A stretch of DNA of 64,000 nt from Candidatus Marinacidobacterales bacterium (GCA_965224085.1 CBDCYI010000005.1:1216001-1280000); one strand, 5' to 3'. Positions 11,230-23,570 are shown, counted from the stretch's first letter. Program-made: numbers and translations. Notes: generated from the letters alone by a model not told the origin.

Positions 11230-11244
11230 GACCTTCCTATTTCC

Positions 11245-11598
11245 TCAGAACTTGAGCCCGGCTTTCCGCGCGGCCTCCGCGAGCGCTTTCACGCGTCCGT
11301 GATATTTGAAGCCGCCTCGATCGAAGACGACGCTCTCGATACCGTTCTCGAGAAGGCGCTCGGCGACCAGCTTGCCAATCGACACGGCACTTTTGATGTT
11401 GCCGCCGTCCGGGACGTCCTTCTCGCGGCTGCTCGCCGCGACCAGGGTTCGGCCATTTCCGTCGTCGATCGCCTGAGCGTAGATGTGTTTCGCGCTGCGA
11501 TAAATGGCCAGGCGAGGGCGCGCCCCAGTTCCTATGACCTTTTTCCGGACGCGAAGATGAACGCGCTTTCTTGCATGCGATGTGTTTTGAACTCTCAT
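11245..11598 (-). CDS. rplR: 50S ribosomal protein L18
   Basis: [25 protein letters not shown]. Confidence 0.97.
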   Translation of the reverse strand: MRVQNTSHARKRVHLRVRKKVIGTGARPRLAIYRSAKHIYAQAIDDGNGRTLVAASSREKDVPDGGNIKSAVSIGKLVAERLLENGIESVVFDRGGFKYHGRVKALAEAARKAGLKF

Positions 11599-11604
11599 GA
11601 GGCT

Positions 11605-12144
11605 CTAGGTAGCTCCGGTTTTTCCCGCTTTCTTCTTGAGGTGCTCGCCCGTGTAGCGGATGCCCTTTTGCTTGTACGGATCGGGCTTTCTGAAGCTGCG
11701 AATGGTGGCGGCCGTCTGCCCGACCAACTGCTTGTCCGCGCCGGAGACGACGATATGCGTATTCTTGTCGATCTTGATGTCGATCCCTTCTGGAATCCCA
11801 AACTCGATCGGATGCGAAAAGCCGAGGGAAAAGTTGACTTTCTTGCCTTCCACTTGAGCACGGTAGCCGATGCCCACGATGTCGAGCTCTTTGACGAACC
11901 CTACCGCGACACCGTTCACAGCGTTCGCGAGAAGGCTCCGAGCGAGCCCCCAAAGAGACTTGAGCTCTTCCGTCTCACTCTCGCGGACAGCTTTCAACGT
12001 GCCGTTCTCCTGCCGTGCCTGAATCCCGACCGGAAGCTCTGTGGTCAACTTTCCCTTCGGACCTTCGACGCGAACCGTGCGGTCGTCGATCTCAATCTTG
12101 ACCCCACTCGGTATCGGGATGGGTTTAGCGCCTATTCGAGACAT
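11605..12144 (-). CDS. rplF: 50S ribosomal protein L6
   Basis: [18 protein letters not shown]. Confidence 0.97.
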   Translation of the reverse strand: MSRIGAKPIPIPSGVKIEIDDRTVRVEGPKGKLTTELPVGIQARQENGTLKAVRESETEELKSLWGLARSLLANAVNGVAVGFVKELDIVGIGYRAQVEGKKVNFSLGFSHPIEFGIPEGIDIKIDKNTHIVVSGADKQLVGQTAATIRSFRKPDPYKQKGIRYTGEHLKKKAGKTGAT

Positions 12145-12161
12145 CCTTCAATCCTCGTTCA

Positions 12162-12557
12162 TCACCAGACGTTACAGAGAATCTCACCGCCTACGCCTTC
12201 GCGAATTGCCCGGCGCCCGGTCATGAGTCCTCTAGACGTCGATAAAATATTGATACCCAGTCCCCCTTGGACTTTGGGGATCTTGTCCTTGGGCACGTAG
12301 ATGCGGCAGCCAGGGCGAGACACCCGCTTGAGACCCTGAACCACCTCGGACCCGTCCGCAGCTCGGCGAAGGAAAACGCGCAATGTTCCATGCTTGTCGT
12401 CCTCGATGTCCTTGTAATTCTGGATATAGCCCTCTTCTTGGAGAATACGCGCGAGCTCGATCTTGAGCTTCGACGACGGGATATCCACTTTGGCGAGCCG
12501 CGCGGCGACGCCGTTTCTGATCCTTGTAAGCATGTCGGCGATCGGGTCGGTCATCAT
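12162..12557 (-). CDS. rpsH: 30S ribosomal protein S8
   Basis: DPIADMLTRIRN, SRPGCRIY, GGE. Confidence 0.97.
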   Translation of the reverse strand: MMTDPIADMLTRIRNGVAARLAKVDIPSSKLKIELARILQEEGYIQNYKDIEDDKHGTLRVFLRRAADGSEVVQGLKRVSRPGCRIYVPKDKIPKVQGGLGINILSTSRGLMTGRRAIREGVGGEILCNVW

Positions 12558-12573
12558 AATGCCTTGCTCCTCC

Positions 12574-12759
12574 TCACCAGCTCGACTTCACGAGACCGGG
12601 AATCTCTCCCGCCAGAGCGAGCTTGCGGAAGCACAGACGGCAGAGACGAAACTTCCTCAGATAGCCCCGCGGCCGACCGCAACTATTGCATCGGTTGTGC
12701 TGCCGCACCTTGAACTTGGGCTTGCGCAGCGACTTCGCAATCGAAGATTGTTTAGCCAA
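12574..12759 (-). CDS. rpsN: 30S ribosomal protein S14, Zn-binding type Z
   Basis: RC..CGRPR, CRLCFR, IPG..KSSW. Confidence 0.96.
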   Translation of the reverse strand: MAKQSSIAKSLRKPKFKVRQHNRCNSCGRPRGYLRKFRLCRLCFRKLALAGEIPGLVKSSW

Positions 12760-12793
12760 TAAATCTCTCCCTGGTCCCCATCAAAATACGGTC

Positions 12794-13345
12794 CTATTGC
12801 TGTCCGGGGCGACGGAACGGCATGCCCATGAGCTCGAGTAGCCGTTTGGCGCCCTCGTCATTACCCGAAGTCGTGACGAACGTGATGTTCATCCCCCGGG
12901 TCTGATCGACCTTCGAGTAATCGATCTCTGGAAAGATGAGCTGATCTTCCAATCCCATCGTGTAATTGCCGCGGCCGTCAAAGGATTTCGTCGGCACGCC
13001 CCGAAAATCTCGAACACGGGGAAGCGCGATGTTGACGAGCCTGTCGATGAACTCGTACATGCGCTTGCCCCGAAGCGTGACGCAAGCTCCAACAGGCTGG
13101 CCTTCGCGGATCTTGAAAGCGGCGATCGACTTCTTCGCTCGCCGCATGACCGGGCGCTGGCCAGTGACCGCCCCCATCTCGTTCATCGCGGCGTCGAGAA
13201 GCTTGATGTTCGCCGAGGCCTCACCAACACCCATGTTAACGACGACTTTGGTCATGCGCGGCACCGCCCAAATGTTGGTGATGGAGAGGTCTTTCATCAG
13301 CTGCGGACGAATGCTCTCCTGATAGGTCTTTTCGAGACGGCTCAT
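12794..13345 (-). CDS. rplE: 50S ribosomal protein L5
   Basis: [16 protein letters not shown]. Confidence 0.97.
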   Translation of the reverse strand: MSRLEKTYQESIRPQLMKDLSITNIWAVPRMTKVVVNMGVGEASANIKLLDAAMNEMGAVTGQRPVMRRAKKSIAAFKIREGQPVGACVTLRGKRMYEFIDRLVNIALPRVRDFRGVPTKSFDGRGNYTMGLEDQLIFPEIDYSKVDQTRGMNITFVTTSGNDEGAKRLLELMGMPFRRPGQQ

Positions 13346-13671
13346 TTGTCGATGACTCCCTCACAAGCGGCGCAGGTGCGCACTTTGCGGCCGTCGGCGA
13401 GCGTCTTGCGGCGCGTCCGCGTCTTCTTGTCGCATTCAGGGCAGACAACCATGAGGTTGCTCAAGTCGATCGCGGCTTCGCGCTCGACGACGCCACCTTT
13501 AATGTTCTGCTGCGGGTTCGGCCGCGTGTGCCGCTTGATCATGCTCACGCGCTCGACGATGGCACGGGCCCGAGCCGGGACGACGCGCAGAACTTTACCC
13601 CGCTTGCCGCGATCCCGGCCGGAGATGACTTCGACCTGATCGTTCTTGCGAATATTGAGTTTATTGGCCAC
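13342..13671 (-). CDS. rplX: 50S ribosomal protein L24
   Basis: [16 protein letters not shown] motif, EAAI..SN. Confidence 0.96.
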   Translation of the reverse strand: MANKLNIRKNDQVEVISGRDRGKRGKVLRVVPARARAIVERVSMIKRHTRPNPQQNIKGGVVEREAAIDLSNLMVVCPECDKKTRTRRKTLADGRKVRTCAACEGVIDK

Positions 13672-13672
13672 T

Positions 13673-14041
13673 TCAAAGAACCTCTGGCGCCAGGGACACG
13701 ATCTTCATGAATTTCTTCTCACGAAGCTCCCGAGCCACGGGCCCGAACACGCGCGTTCCGAGCGGTTCGTTCTGGTCATCAATAATAACGGCCGCGTTAT
13801 TGTCGAAGCGGATATAAGTGCCGTCCTTGCGGCGATGCTCCTTGCGGGTCCGCACGATCACCGCTTTCACGACCGTTCCCTTCTTGATCGGGCTTTCCGG
13901 CGTCGCTTCCTTGACAGACGCCGTGATCACGTCGCCAAGGTGAGCGATCCGCCCCACCCCACCACCTCTCGGGTGGATGCAAAGGATTTTCTTGGCCCCA
14001 GAATTGTCGGTCACTTCGAGGACCGTTTGCATCTGAATCAT
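13673..14041 (-). CDS. rplN: 50S ribosomal protein L14
   Basis: [25 protein letters not shown]. Confidence 0.97.
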   Translation of the reverse strand: MIQMQTVLEVTDNSGAKKILCIHPRGGGVGRIAHLGDVITASVKEATPESPIKKGTVVKAVIVRTRKEHRRKDGTYIRFDNNAAVIIDDQNEPLGTRVFGPVARELREKKFMKIVSLAPEVL

Positions 14042-14061
14042 CGTTCGTTCCCTGTCGTCGG

Positions 14062-14379
14062 CTACTTCGCATCGTCAACTACATGGGCCTGACCACCAGG
14101 CCTCGCCGAAGCCGCAGGCGAAGGGCCCTCACGCTCGGCCGGCGATACCAAAATCTCCACCAGCTTCCAACGCTTGCGCTTGGAGATCGGGCGGCACTCG
14201 ACGATCTTCACCCGGTCCCCGATTTGACACTTGTTCGCCTCGTCATGTACGGTGAAGTGGGACGTCTTCTTGAACGCGCGCGTATAGAGCGGATGGCGCA
14301 CCAAACGCTCGACGCTCACCACCGCGGTCTTGTCCATCTTGTTGCTTTTGACGACGCCTACTTTCGTAACCTTTGGCAT
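14062..14379 (-). CDS. rpsQ: 30S ribosomal protein S17 with C-terminal extension
   Basis: KMDKT.VV, HDE.N.C..GD.V.I.ECRPISK.KRW. Confidence 0.95.
   Translation of the reverse strand: MPKVTKVGVVKSNKMDKTAVVSVERLVRHPLYTRAFKKTSHFTVHDEANKCQIGDRVKIVECRPISKRKRWKLVEILVSPAEREGPSPAASARPGGQAHVVDDAK
14100..14124 (+). repeat. REP-like palindromic element, copy inside rpsQ
   Basis: GCCTCGCCGAAGCCGCAGGCGAAGG resembles copies at 44636 and 52068. Confidence 0.6.
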
Positions 14380-14404
14380 CTCGTGCTCCTTGTTCTTAAC
14401 CAGG

Positions 14405-14608
14405 CTAACTACGGCTCTTCTCGAGCTCCATTTGCCGCAGCACCGTCTTCACCCGCGCTAGATCTCGCCGCAAGTCACGGACTTTCCCCATTTGATCCAG
14501 CTGACCCGTCTCTTTCTGAAGCCTGGTGCGGAAGATCTCCTCAGCCAAATCGGAGACTTTATCTCTCAACTCATCCGCGCCAAGCTCCCGAACCTTTTCG
14601 ATCTTCAC
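14405..14608 (-). CDS. rpmC: 50S ribosomal protein L29
   Basis: TGQL...RRDLARVKT; S10 operon position. Confidence 0.95.
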   Translation of the reverse strand: MKIEKVRELGADELRDKVSDLAEEIFRTRLQKETGQLDQMGKVRDLRRDLARVKTVLRQMELEKSRS

Positions 14609-14612
14609 GGAT

Positions 14613-15029
14613 TCAACCCTCCTCGAAACGGGTGACGAATTTTGTTTTGAGCGGAAGCTTGTGTCCCGCGAGCCGCATCGCTTCGCGCGCGGTCTCGGCG
14701 GGAACCCCTTCCATCTCGTAGAGAATCCGTCCCGGCTTCACCACGGCCACCCAGAACTCCGGGCTGCCTTTACCTTTACCCATGCGCGTTTCTTGCGGCT
14801 TCTTGGTGACGGGCTTGTCGGGAAAGATCCGAATCCAGATGCGACCGGTCCTTTTGACGAAACGCGTTATCGCAACCCTAGCGGCCTCGATCTGGCGATC
14901 GGTGATCCATCCGGGCTCGAGCACCTTGAGACCGTAATCGCCGAAGGACACCGTGTGGCCTTTCCAAGCCTTGCCCTTCATTCGGCCCCTTTGGACCTTA
15001 CGGTGTTTGACTTTCTTCGGCATCAACAT
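14613..15029 (-). CDS. rplP: 50S ribosomal protein L16
   Basis: [20 protein letters not shown]. Confidence 0.97.
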   Translation of the reverse strand: MLMPKKVKHRKVQRGRMKGKAWKGHTVSFGDYGLKVLEPGWITDRQIEAARVAITRFVKRTGRIWIRIFPDKPVTKKPQETRMGKGKGSPEFWVAVVKPGRILYEMEGVPAETAREAMRLAGHKLPLKTKFVTRFEEG

Positions 15030-15035
15030 AACGAC

Positions 15036-15719
15036 TTACTCCGCTCTGCGTGACCGCGAGCGATCACCCGACTCCTCGCGAAACGCAGGACCCAGGGGAA
15101 GCGACTCGCCTTTGTAGATCCAGCACTTGATGCCGACCTGGCCATAAGTCGTGAAAGCTTCGGCGAATCCGTAATCGATATCCGCACGGAGCGTGTGAAG
15201 CGGGACTTGCCCGAGCAAGTACCATTCCGAGCGCGCGATCTCAGCGCCGTTCAAACGGCCAGCGCAGCGCACGCGCACCCCCTTCGCGCCGAAGCGCATC
15301 GTGGCATCGATAGCTTTGCGCATCGCACGGCGGAAGGCGATGCGCTTCTCGAGCTGCAAGGCGATGGACTCGGCGACGAGCTGCGCGTCGAGCTCGGGCC
15401 TCGCGACCTCGATGATATTGATATAGACCTCGCGCTGGGTCGTCGCCTGGATTTCCTGCTTGAGCTTGTCGACTTCTGTGCCTTTGCGCCCGATGATGAT
15501 CCCGGGGCGAGAGGTGTGGATATTGATTTTGAGTTTGTTCGCGGCGCGCTCGATCTCGACTCGAGAGACACCCGCGTGCGAAAAGCGCTTCTTGAGCTGG
15601 CGTTTTAGCTTCAAGTCCTCATGGAGGAGCTTTCCGTAGTCACGCTCGGCATACCACCGCGAGCGCCACGTCTTGTTATAGCCGAGCCGAAACCCGTATG
15701 GATGGACCTTTTGTCCCAT
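15036..15719 (-). CDS. rpsC: 30S ribosomal protein S3
   Basis: [24 protein letters not shown]. Confidence 0.97.
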   Translation of the reverse strand: MGQKVHPYGFRLGYNKTWRSRWYAERDYGKLLHEDLKLKRQLKKRFSHAGVSRVEIERAANKLKINIHTSRPGIIIGRKGTEVDKLKQEIQATTQREVYINIIEVARPELDAQLVAESIALQLEKRIAFRRAMRKAIDATMRFGAKGVRVRCAGRLNGAEIARSEWYLLGQVPLHTLRADIDYGFAEAFTTYGQVGIKCWIYKGESLPLGPAFREESGDRSRSRRAE

Positions 15720-15722
15720 TGA

Positions 15723-16082
15723 TCAGCTCTCTTCCTGTTCCGAAACTTCGATCGTCAGGTGCGACGTGCGATGCACGATTCTGAAAGCGCGGCCCATCGG
15801 CGCCGGTCGGACTCGCTTGAGCATCGGCCCGGGGTCGGCATAAGCCTTGCTCACGACGAGATCGTCCTCGTCAATCCGCTTGGCTTCGTCGACGGCCTTC
15901 TGTTGCGCGTTGGCTATCGCGGAGCGAAGGACCTTCTCGAGCGGACGGCACACCCGCTTGTTCGTGGTCTGCAAAATGGACAACGCCTCGGCAGCCTTTT
16001 TGCCGCGGATGAGATCGATGACGAGGCGCGCTTTCGACGGTGAGCCTCGAACGTGTCTGGCAGTTGCCCTTGCTTCAACCAT
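15723..16082 (-). CDS. rplV: 50S ribosomal protein L22
   Basis: SPSKARLV.DLIRG, SAIANA, RTSH. Confidence 0.96.
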   Translation of the reverse strand: MVEARATARHVRGSPSKARLVIDLIRGKKAAEALSILQTTNKRVCRPLEKVLRSAIANAQQKAVDEAKRIDEDDLVVSKAYADPGPMLKRVRPAPMGRAFRIVHRTSHLTIEVSEQEES

Positions 16083-16111
16083 CTTTCAGTCTCCGGTCCT
16101 ATTCCAAGGCT

Positions 16112-16396
16112 CTAGCGCATCTTCGAGGCTTTGTCCGTCTTCGTCGTATGACCCCGGAAGGTGCGCGTCGGGGAAAACTCGCCGAGCTTGTGCCCGACCA
16201 TGTTCTCCGTGATGTAGACGGGGATGAACTTCTTGCCGTTGTGAACGGCGAGGGTGTGTCCCACCATTTCGGGGATGATGGTCGACCTGCGCGACCAGGT
16301 CTTCAAGACCTTCTTCTCTCCCGCGTCGTTCATGATATCGATCTTGTTGAGCAGGTTGTCGTCCAAGAAAGGCCCTTTCTTGAGTGATCTCGCCAT
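16112..16396 (-). CDS. rpsS: 30S ribosomal protein S19
   Basis: [19 protein letters not shown]. Confidence 0.97.
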   Translation of the reverse strand: MARSLKKGPFLDDNLLNKIDIMNDAGEKKVLKTWSRRSTIIPEMVGHTLAVHNGKKFIPVYITENMVGHKLGEFSPTRTFRGHTTKTDKASKMR

Positions 16397-16402
16397 AGCT
16401 CT

Positions 16403-17236
16403 CTAGCCTCTTTTCTTGCCGCGCCGGCGAACGATGAACTTGTCCGTGCGCTTGTTGTTCCGCGTCTTGTAACCTTTGGTCGGCACACCCCAAGGCGTCA
16501 CCGGATGACGTCCCCCCGCGGTACTGCCCTCCCCGCCACCATGCGGATGGTCGACCGGGTTCATCGTCACACCACGGTTGTGAGGACGGCGACCCATCCA
16601 ACGTTTCCGGCCCGCCTTGCCAATGGTGACCCGCTCGTGCTCGATATTACCGACTTGGCCCACGGTGGCACGGCACTTCTTGTGCACGATCCGGACTTCA
16701 CCCGAGGGGAGCCGCAGCTGCGCATATTTGCCTTCTTTTGCCACCAGCTGCGCGCCGGCGCCGGCACTGCGAGCCATTTGGCCACCTTTGCCGGGCTTGA
16801 GCTCGATGTTATGAACCAGCGTTCCGAGCGGCATGTTCTCGAGCGGCAAGCAGTTCCCGGGAAGGATATCAGCGCTTACGCTGCTCACGACGGTGTCGCC
16901 GACCTTCAGTCCGACAGGATGGATGATGTAGGCCTTCTCGCCATCCACATAGTGGATCCGTGCGATGCGGGCCGAGCGGTTCGGGTCGTACTCGACCGAG
17001 GCGACCTTGCCGGGAACGTCCACTTTGCTCCGCTTGAAGTCAACGATCCGGTAGCGTCGCTTGTGACCGCCGCCACGAAAGCGCACCGTGATGCGGCCCT
17101 TGTTGTTTCGGCCACCCCATTGCTTCTTTGGCTCGGTGAGCGGCTTGAGCGGCTTCGTCTCAGTAAGCTCGTCGAAGCTCTGGACCGTGTAGAAACGTCT
17201 TCCGGGAGATGTGGGGCTGAACTTCTTGATTGCCAT
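16403..17236 (-). CDS. rplB: 50S ribosomal protein L2
   Basis: [21 protein letters not shown]. Confidence 0.97.
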   Translation of the reverse strand: MAIKKFSPTSPGRRFYTVQSFDELTETKPLKPLTEPKKQWGGRNNKGRITVRFRGGGHKRRYRIVDFKRSKVDVPGKVASVEYDPNRSARIARIHYVDGEKAYIIHPVGLKVGDTVVSSVSADILPGNCLPLENMPLGTLVHNIELKPGKGGQMARSAGAGAQLVAKEGKYAQLRLPSGEVRIVHKKCRATVGQVGNIEHERVTIGKAGRKRWMGRRPHNRGVTMNPVDHPHGGGEGSTAGGRHPVTPWGVPTKGYKTRNNKRTDKFIVRRRGKKRG

Positions 17237-17242
17237 GTTCTA

Positions 17243-17533
17243 TCAGACGCCCTCGAAGAACTCGATCATCTTTTCGCCCTCTCGCAAGGTCACGAAAGCT
17301 TTCTTCCAATTGGAGCGCTTTCCTTCGAAACGCCCATAGCGCTTCAGTTTCCCGCTCATCCGTACCGTGCGTACCGACTGCACCTTGACGCTAAAGAGCT
17401 TCTCGACGGCACCTCTGATCTCGGTCTTGTTCGCAGCGATCGCGACGCGAAAGCAAAGTGTCCGGTAATCGTCCTTGAGAACGGTCGATTTCTCGGTGAT
17501 GAGCGGTCCGACGATGACGTCGTGGATGTTCAT
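17243..17533 (-). CDS. rplW: 50S ribosomal protein L23
   Basis: PLITEKS, ANKTEI, WKKA.VTL. Confidence 0.96.
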   Translation of the reverse strand: MNIHDVIVGPLITEKSTVLKDDYRTLCFRVAIAANKTEIRGAVEKLFSVKVQSVRTVRMSGKLKRYGRFEGKRSNWKKAFVTLREGEKMIEFFEGV

Positions 17534-18159
17534 CGCGACAACCTCTCTTCCAGACTCGCGGCGGCCGCTTCAGAGAGGACGACTGTGCGTGCCTCGAGCA
17601 CGTCATAGGTGTGGACTGCTTTGGTCGAACGCACTTCGACGCTACGCATGTTGCGCGCCGACAGATAGAGCGCGTCGCTCGGATTCTGATCCACGATGAG
17701 CACCCGGCCCGGTAAAGCGCCGAGCTCCTCGAGCTTGCCCTTCAGCGTCTTCGTGCTCGGTTTTTCTAGCGCCAGCTCGTTCACGACCGTCAGTCTTTCC
17801 TCTTTCACCCGGAGCGAGAGCGCCGAGCGGAGCGCGCCGAGCTGGACTTTCGCGTTGAGCTTGAAGCTGTGGTCGCGGGGATGGGGTCCAAAAGTCGTAC
17901 CGCCTTTGCGCCAGAGCGGCGTGCGGGCCGAGCCGACACGGGCACGGCCGGTGCCTTTCTGACGCCAGGGTTTGGCGCCGCCACCGCGCACGGCGGCGCG
18001 ATTCTTCGTGGCATGGGTGCCGCGATGGCGCGCAGCGCGGTAATGTTTGACAGCCTCGTACAGGAGGTGACGATTGGGCTTGACGCCGAAGACCGCGTCA
18101 CTCAGCGCTTTGTCGGTGCGCGAACCGGCAGCCACATCCACCATGGGTACGCTAGGCAT
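17530..18159 (-). CDS. rplD: 50S ribosomal protein L4
   Basis: [14 protein letters not shown]; start moved to ATG 18159. Confidence 0.96.
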   Translation of the reverse strand: MPSVPMVDVAAGSRTDKALSDAVFGVKPNRHLLYEAVKHYRAARHRGTHATKNRAAVRGGGAKPWRQKGTGRARVGSARTPLWRKGGTTFGPHPRDHSFKLNAKVQLGALRSALSLRVKEERLTVVNELALEKPSTKTLKGKLEELGALPGRVLIVDQNPSDALYLSARNMRSVEVRSTKAVHTYDVLEARTVVLSEAAAASLEERLSR

Positions 18160-18799
18160 CGTTTTGTCCCTTCGCCGATCGCGTTTTGATGATCTCCACA
18201 TAGGTGCCGTTGGCGCCCGGTATTGCACCTTTGACGAGCAGGAGATCTTCGTCTTCGATGACCTCGACGACTTCGAGGTTCCTGACCGTGACCCGGTTTT
18301 GGCCCATATGTCCCGGGCCGCGCATGCCGGGCATAACACGAGATGGATAAGCCGATTGGCCAATGGAGCCCGGAGCGCGATGATGCATGGAGCCGTGGGT
18401 CGCCTTGCCGCCACCAAAACCGTGGCGTTTCATGACCCCGGCAAATCCCTTGCCTTTGCTCACACCACTCACCTGCACCTGGTCGGATGCGGCAAAGACC
18501 GACACTTTGATCGACGCGCCAACCTCGGGCGCATCCCCCTCAAAAAGCGCAAATTCACGGAGCACGCGGCACGGTGCCACGCCAGCATTCTTGAAGTGCT
18601 TCTCGGTCGGCTTGTTCGCTTTGTATTTCCGCCCCGTTTCGACGAAACCGAGCTGCACCGCGTCGTAACCGTCCCGCTCTTCCGTCTTCCGCTGCACAAC
18701 AACGCAAGGCCCCGCCTTGATAACGGTGAGCGGGATAACTTTACCGTCCTCCGCAAAACGCTGCGTCATCCCAAGCTTTCTTCCGATTAGTGAGTTCAT
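18152..18799 (-). CDS. rplC: 50S ribosomal protein L3
   Basis: [23 protein letters not shown]; ATG 18799 preferred over 18817. Confidence 0.96.
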   Translation of the reverse strand: MNSLIGRKLGMTQRFAEDGKVIPLTVIKAGPCVVVQRKTEERDGYDAVQLGFVETGRKYKANKPTEKHFKNAGVAPCRVLREFALFEGDAPEVGASIKVSVFAASDQVQVSGVSKGKGFAGVMKRHGFGGGKATHGSMHHRAPGSIGQSAYPSRVMPGMRGPGHMGQNRVTVRNLEVVEVIEDEDLLLVKGAIPGANGTYVEIIKTRSAKGQNDA

Positions 18800-18802
18800 G
18801 TG

Positions 18803-18870
18803 TTCAGCATCCGGCATTCAGTAGCCAGCACCGCATTCAGTCCAAACCCTGAATGCTGAATCCTGAATGC
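18803..18870. repeat. Heptamer (ATTCAGC/G) repeats in inverted arrangement
   Basis: GCATTCAG..CTGAATGC TGAATCC TGAATGC in the rpsJ-rplC spacer. Confidence 0.65.
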
Positions 18871-18888
18871 AACTTCGAACTACGGTCA

Positions 18889-19224
18889 TTACTTACTGTG
18901 CTCCTTGCCGAACGCCTTGATTTCTACGTCGACGCCCGCGGGGAGATCCAGTCGCATGAGGGCGTCCACGGTTTGAGGCGTTGGCTCGAAGATGTCCAAA
19001 AGTCTCTTATGGGTACGGATCTCGAACTGCTCGCGTGACTTCTTGTCCACGTGAGGGGATCGCAACACCGTCCATTTGTTTTTGAGCGTCGGCAGCGGGA
19101 TGGGTCCGGCGATACGCGCTCCCGTCCGCTTCGCGGTCTCGACGATTTCGTGGGTGGACTGGTCGAGAATCCGATAGTCATAGGCCTTTAACCGGATTCT
19201 TATCTTTTCGCTAATCACAGCCAT
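18889..19224 (-). CDS. rpsJ: 30S ribosomal protein S10
   Basis: [22 protein letters not shown]. Confidence 0.97.
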   Translation of the reverse strand: MAVISEKIRIRLKAYDYRILDQSTHEIVETAKRTGARIAGPIPLPTLKNKWTVLRSPHVDKKSREQFEIRTHKRLLDIFEPTPQTVDALMRLDLPAGVDVEIKAFGKEHSK

Positions 19225-19244
19225 ATCTCTACTCTTTCTCGGTC

Positions 19245-20435
19245 TTACTCGATGACGTCGGTTACGGTTCCGGCGCCGACGGTGCGGCCGCCTTCGCGGA
19301 TGGCGAAGCGCAGGCCCTTCTCGATCGCGATCGGCGTGCCGAGCTCGATCGCGAGCGACGTGTTGTCCCCCGGCATCACCATCTCGACGCCATCGTTCAG
19401 CGTCGATGAGCCCGTGACATCCGTCGTACGGAAGTAGAACTGCGGACGGTAGCCGTTGAAGAACGGCGTGTGGCGCCCGCCTTCTTCTTTCGACAATACA
19501 TATACCTCCGCCTTGAATTTCGTGTGCGGCGTGATCGAGCCCGGCTTCGCCAGTACCATCCCTCGCGCGACGTCGCTACGCTCCGTGCCACGAAGAAGGA
19601 CACCCACATTGTCGCCCGCCTGACCTTCGTCCAGGAGCTTCTTGAACATCTCCACGCCCGTCACCACTTTCTTGCGCGTCTCGCTGATCCCCACGATCTC
19701 CACTTCTTCGCTGACCTTCACGATCCCGCGCTCGATCCGGCCCGTCACGACCGTCCCACGCCCTGAAATCGAGAACACATCCTCGATCGGCATCAGGAAA
19801 TCCTTCTCCACGTCGCGCTCCGGGACCGGGATGTACTCGTCGAGCGCCGCCAACAGCTCGTGGATCGGCTTCGTGTCCTCTTCCGATTCGCCCTCGAGCG
19901 CTTTCAACGCGCTGCCGCGAATGAACGGGATATCCTCGCCAGGAAACTCGTATTGCGACAGGAGCTCTTGCACTTCCAGCTCCACCAAGTCCAGAAGCTC
20001 CGGATCGTCCACCATGTCCACTTTGTTCAGGAAAACTACGATGTACGGTACGCCCACCTGACGCGCCAACAATATGTGCTCACGCGTCTGCGGCATCGGA
20101 CCATCCGCCGCAGATACAACTACAATCGCGCCATCCATCTGCGCTGCTCCCGTGATCATGTTCTTCACGTAATCCGCGTGACCAGGACAGTCCACGTGCG
20201 CATAGTGACGGTTCTCCGTCGAGTACTCCACATGAGCCGTCGCGATCGTGATGCCGCGCTCTCTTTCTTCCGGTGCGTTGTCGATCGAATCGAAGCTCCG
20301 GAAAGCTGTGTCCTTCGCTCCTTTTGCCAAAACCTTCGTGATGGCAGCCGTCAACGTCGTCTTTCCGTGGTCCACGTGACCAATCGTCCCAACGTTCAAA
20401 TGCGGCTTACTTCGATCGAATTTTTCTTTCGACAT
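19245..20435 (-). CDS. tuf: Elongation factor Tu (str-operon copy)
   Basis: [23 protein letters not shown]. Confidence 0.98.
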   Translation of the reverse strand: MSKEKFDRSKPHLNVGTIGHVDHGKTTLTAAITKVLAKGAKDTAFRSFDSIDNAPEERERGITIATAHVEYSTENRHYAHVDCPGHADYVKNMITGAAQMDGAIVVVSAADGPMPQTREHILLARQVGVPYIVVFLNKVDMVDDPELLDLVELEVQELLSQYEFPGEDIPFIRGSALKALEGESEEDTKPIHELLAALDEYIPVPERDVEKDFLMPIEDVFSISGRGTVVTGRIERGIVKVSEEVEIVGISETRKKVVTGVEMFKKLLDEGQAGDNVGVLLRGTERSDVARGMVLAKPGSITPHTKFKAEVYVLSKEEGGRHTPFFNGYRPQFYFRTTDVTGSSTLNDGVEMVMPGDNTSLAIELGTPIAIEKGLRFAIREGGRTVGAGTVTDVIE

Positions 20436-20455
20436 GACGAATCAGTGCTCCTTCG

Positions 20456-22534
20456 TTAACGGCCCGTAACTTTGGCGACGACTTCTTCGCCGACGCTCTT
20501 GGGCGCTTCTTCGTATTGATGAAAATGCATTGTAAACGTTGCCCGTCCTTGTGTAGCCGAGCGAAGATCGGTGGCGTAGCCAAACATCTCCCCGAGCGGC
20601 ACGAGTGCGCCGATAACTTGTACGTTTCCGCGCGGGTTCATTCCCTGGATGCGGCCGCGGCGCGAATTGAGGTCAGCGATTACCTCGCCCACGTAGTCTT
20701 CCGGCACAACCACTTCGACGGACATGGTGGGTTCCAAGAGCACCGGGTCCGCTTTCTTGACGGCGGTCTTGAAGGCCATCGAGCCGGCAATCTTGAACGC
20801 CATTTCCGAGCTGTCGACGGTGTGGAACGAGCCGTCGTAAAGTGAAACCTTGACATCCACCATGGGATAGCCGGCCAGAGCCCCTTGCTCGGTCGCCTCC
20901 TTGATTCCGGCTTCAGTCGGCTTGATGAACTCTTTGGGAATCGCACCGCGGACGACCTTGTTGACGAAGTCGAAGCCACCGCCAAGGTTGGGCTCGATCT
21001 CGATCTGAACGTGACCGTACTGACCGCGGCCACCCGTTTGGCGCACGTAGCGGCCTTCGGCCTTCGAAGCCCGCCGGATAGTTTCTTTGTAGGCGACTTG
21101 AGGTTTTCCGACGTTCGCGGCCACACTGAACTCGCGCAGCAGACGATCGACGATGATCTCGAGATGAAGCTCACCCATGCCGCTGATAATCGTTTGTCCC
21201 GTATCAGTGTCCGTCGAGACTTTGAATGTTGGGTCTTCTCGGGTGAGCTTCGCTAGCGCCACACCGAGTTTTTCCTGATCGGCCTTGGTCTTGGGCTCGA
21301 TGACGACGGCGATGACCGGTTCGGGAAATTGCATCGACTCGAGAATCACCGGCGCGTTCTTGTCCGCGATCGTGTCGCCCGTCTGTACGTTCCGGAGTCC
21401 GACGGCGGCGGCGATGTCACCGGCATAAACCGCTTTGATGTCCTCCCGCTTGTTCGCGTGCATCTTGAGGAGCCGGCCGATGCGGTACGTTTTGCCGCGT
21501 GCCGCGTTCAACACTTGCGAGCCCGATTCGAGAACGCCTGAATAGACACGAAAGAAAGCGAGCTGACCGACATAGGAGTCGGTCATGATCTTGAAAATCA
21601 AAGCAGAAAACGGCGCGTCATCTGATGACGGACGCTCCACGGTAGAGCCGTCTTTCGGCGAGCTCCCGACCATGGCGCGGACGTCGGTCGGCGACGGGAG
21701 AAACGCGACCACTGCGTCGAGGAGAGGCTGAACGCCCTTGTTCTTGAAGGCGGCGCCGGCCAAGACCGGAACGATCCGCAATGCGATGGTCGCCTTGCGG
21801 ATTGCCGCGACGAGCTCGTCCTCGGCGAGCGGTTCGCCATCGAGATATTGTTCCATGAGGCGATCGTCGACTTCGGAAGCCGCCTCGATCAACCTTTCGC
21901 GGGCGTTGTGCACGTCCGCGGCGAGTTCGGCCGGGACCTCCGCTTCTTCGAACTCGGCGCCAAGAGTTTCATCTTTGTACAAGAGCGCCTTTTGCCGGAC
22001 GAGGTCGACGACACCGAGAAAGTTCTCTTCCGAACCGATCGGAAGCTGAACCGGCACAGGATTGGCGCCGAGGCGCTCGCGAATCATGCCGACCGCATGG
22101 AGAAAATCCGCGCCCGAGCGGTCCATCTTGTTCACGAAAGCGATACGAGGCACGCCGTATTTATCAGCTTGGCGCCAAACCGTCTCTGACTGCGGCTCGA
22201 CGCCTCCCACGGCGCAGAACACGGCTACCGCGCCATCCAGGACACGGAGCGAGCGCTCGACCTCCGCGGTGAAATCCACGTGGCCGGGCGTATCAATAAT
22301 ATTGATGCGGTACTCCTGCCAGAAACAGGTCGTTGCGGCGGAAGTGATGGTGATGCCCCGCTCCTGCTCCTGCTCCATCCAGTCCATAGTCGCAGTACCT
22401 TCGTGCACTTCACCCAGCTTGTAGGTGATGCCGGTGTAATAGAGAATGCGCTCGGTCGTCGTCGTCTTACCGGCATCGATATGCGCCATGATGCCGATAT
22501 TGCGCGTCTTCTCTAGTGGTACTTGTCGAGGCAT
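20456..22534 (-). CDS. fusA: Elongation factor G (canonical)
   Basis: [30 protein letters not shown]. Confidence 0.98.
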   Translation of the reverse strand: MPRQVPLEKTRNIGIMAHIDAGKTTTTERILYYTGITYKLGEVHEGTATMDWMEQEQERGITITSAATTCFWQEYRINIIDTPGHVDFTAEVERSLRVLDGAVAVFCAVGGVEPQSETVWRQADKYGVPRIAFVNKMDRSGADFLHAVGMIRERLGANPVPVQLPIGSEENFLGVVDLVRQKALLYKDETLGAEFEEAEVPAELAADVHNARERLIEAASEVDDRLMEQYLDGEPLAEDELVAAIRKATIALRIVPVLAGAAFKNKGVQPLLDAVVAFLPSPTDVRAMVGSSPKDGSTVERPSSDDAPFSALIFKIMTDSYVGQLAFFRVYSGVLESGSQVLNAARGKTYRIGRLLKMHANKREDIKAVYAGDIAAAVGLRNVQTGDTIADKNAPVILESMQFPEPVIAVVIEPKTKADQEKLGVALAKLTREDPTFKVSTDTDTGQTIISGMGELHLEIIVDRLLREFSVAANVGKPQVAYKETIRRASKAEGRYVRQTGGRGQYGHVQIEIEPNLGGGFDFVNKVVRGAIPKEFIKPTEAGIKEATEQGALAGYPMVDVKVSLYDGSFHTVDSSEMAFKIAGSMAFKTAVKKADPVLLEPTMSVEVVVPEDYVGEVIADLNSRRGRIQGMNPRGNVQVIGALVPLGEMFGYATDLRSATQGRATFTMHFHQYEEAPKSVGEEVVAKVTGR

Positions 22535-22706
22535 TGGTTTTTATGCAAATCCGGACACACCCGGAAATACGCGCTTTCGTACTCTTCTTCTCGATCGTTT
22601 TCCGTCTCTCGCCGAGGGCTAGCGCCCTCGATACAATAGCTATCCGCTCATGCCTACCAGGCTGACAAGGTGCGGATGCTTGGCTGGAAGCTTAGGAGGA
22701 ACCGTT

Positions 22707-23177
22707 TTACCAGCGGTAGTGCGCGAAAGCTTTGTTGGCTTCCGCCATACGGTGTGTATCCTCCCGCCTCTTGACCGCCCCACCTCGATTGGACGACGCG
22801 TCGAGTAGCTCGCCAGCGAGCTTGTCGACCATCGTCTTCTCCGGACGGGAGCGGGCGAAGTTCACGAGCCAACGAAGCGAGAGAGACGTCCTTCGCTCCG
22901 GGCGCACTTCGATAGGTACTTGGTAGTTACTGCCTCCGACGCGGCGGCTCTTTACCTCGAGAGTAGGCTTGACATTGTCTATGGCTTTCTTGAAAACCTT
23001 CAAAGGATCTTCAGAGGTGCGCTCTTCGATTTTCTTGAGAGCGCCATAGACGATCCTCTCGGCCGTGGACTTTTTGCCTTCTTTCATCACGACACTGATG
23101 AAGTTCGAGACCAGTCCGCTGTTGTAAATCGGGTCTGGCTGAGGCGTGCGCTTCGGCACGTCGCGTCGTCTGGGCAT
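22707..23177 (-). CDS. rpsG: 30S ribosomal protein S7
   Basis: [25 protein letters not shown]. Confidence 0.98.
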   Translation of the reverse strand: MPRRRDVPKRTPQPDPIYNSGLVSNFISVVMKEGKKSTAERIVYGALKKIEERTSEDPLKVFKKAIDNVKPTLEVKSRRVGGSNYQVPIEVRPERRTSLSLRWLVNFARSRPEKTMVDKLAGELLDASSNRGGAVKRREDTHRMAEANKAFAHYRW

Positions 23178-23195
23178 CGTTTTTTCGCTTTGGCT

Positions 23196-23570
23196 TTACG
23201 CCTTTGGCCGCTTGGTTCCGTACTTGGAACGGCCGTTCTTGCGTCCTTCGACGCCGACGGCGTCGAGAGACCCGCGCACCACGTGATAACGTACGCCCGG
23301 CAAATCCTTCACTCGGCCTCCCCGGACAAGGACGATCGAGTGCTCTTGAAGGTTGTGGCCGACGCCCGGGATATAGGTCGTCACCTCGATGCCGTTGGTG
23401 AGCCGGACACGGGCAACTTTTCTAAGCGCGGAGTTCGGCTTCTTCGGAGTGGAGATGAATACCCGGATACAAACACCGCGCTTCTGCGGGCACGCCGACA
23501 GAGCAGGACTGTCCGTCTTGGACACGGCCCGTTTCCGTCCCTTCCGAACCAGCTGACTAAAAGTCGGCAA
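23196..23570 (-). CDS. rpsL: 30S ribosomal protein S12
   Basis: [20 protein letters not shown]. Confidence 0.98.
   Translation of the reverse strand: MPTFSQLVRKGRKRAVSKTDSPALSACPQKRGVCIRVFISTPKKPNSALRKVARVRLTNGIEVTTYIPGVGHNLQEHSIVLVRGGRVKDLPGVRYHVVRGSLDAVGVEGRKNGRSKYGTKRPKA

Noticed and set aside
22674-22692. GGATGCTTGGCTGGAAGC resembling the 23S L11-binding region
   Set aside because: Short, imperfect and antisense to the operon; likely chance
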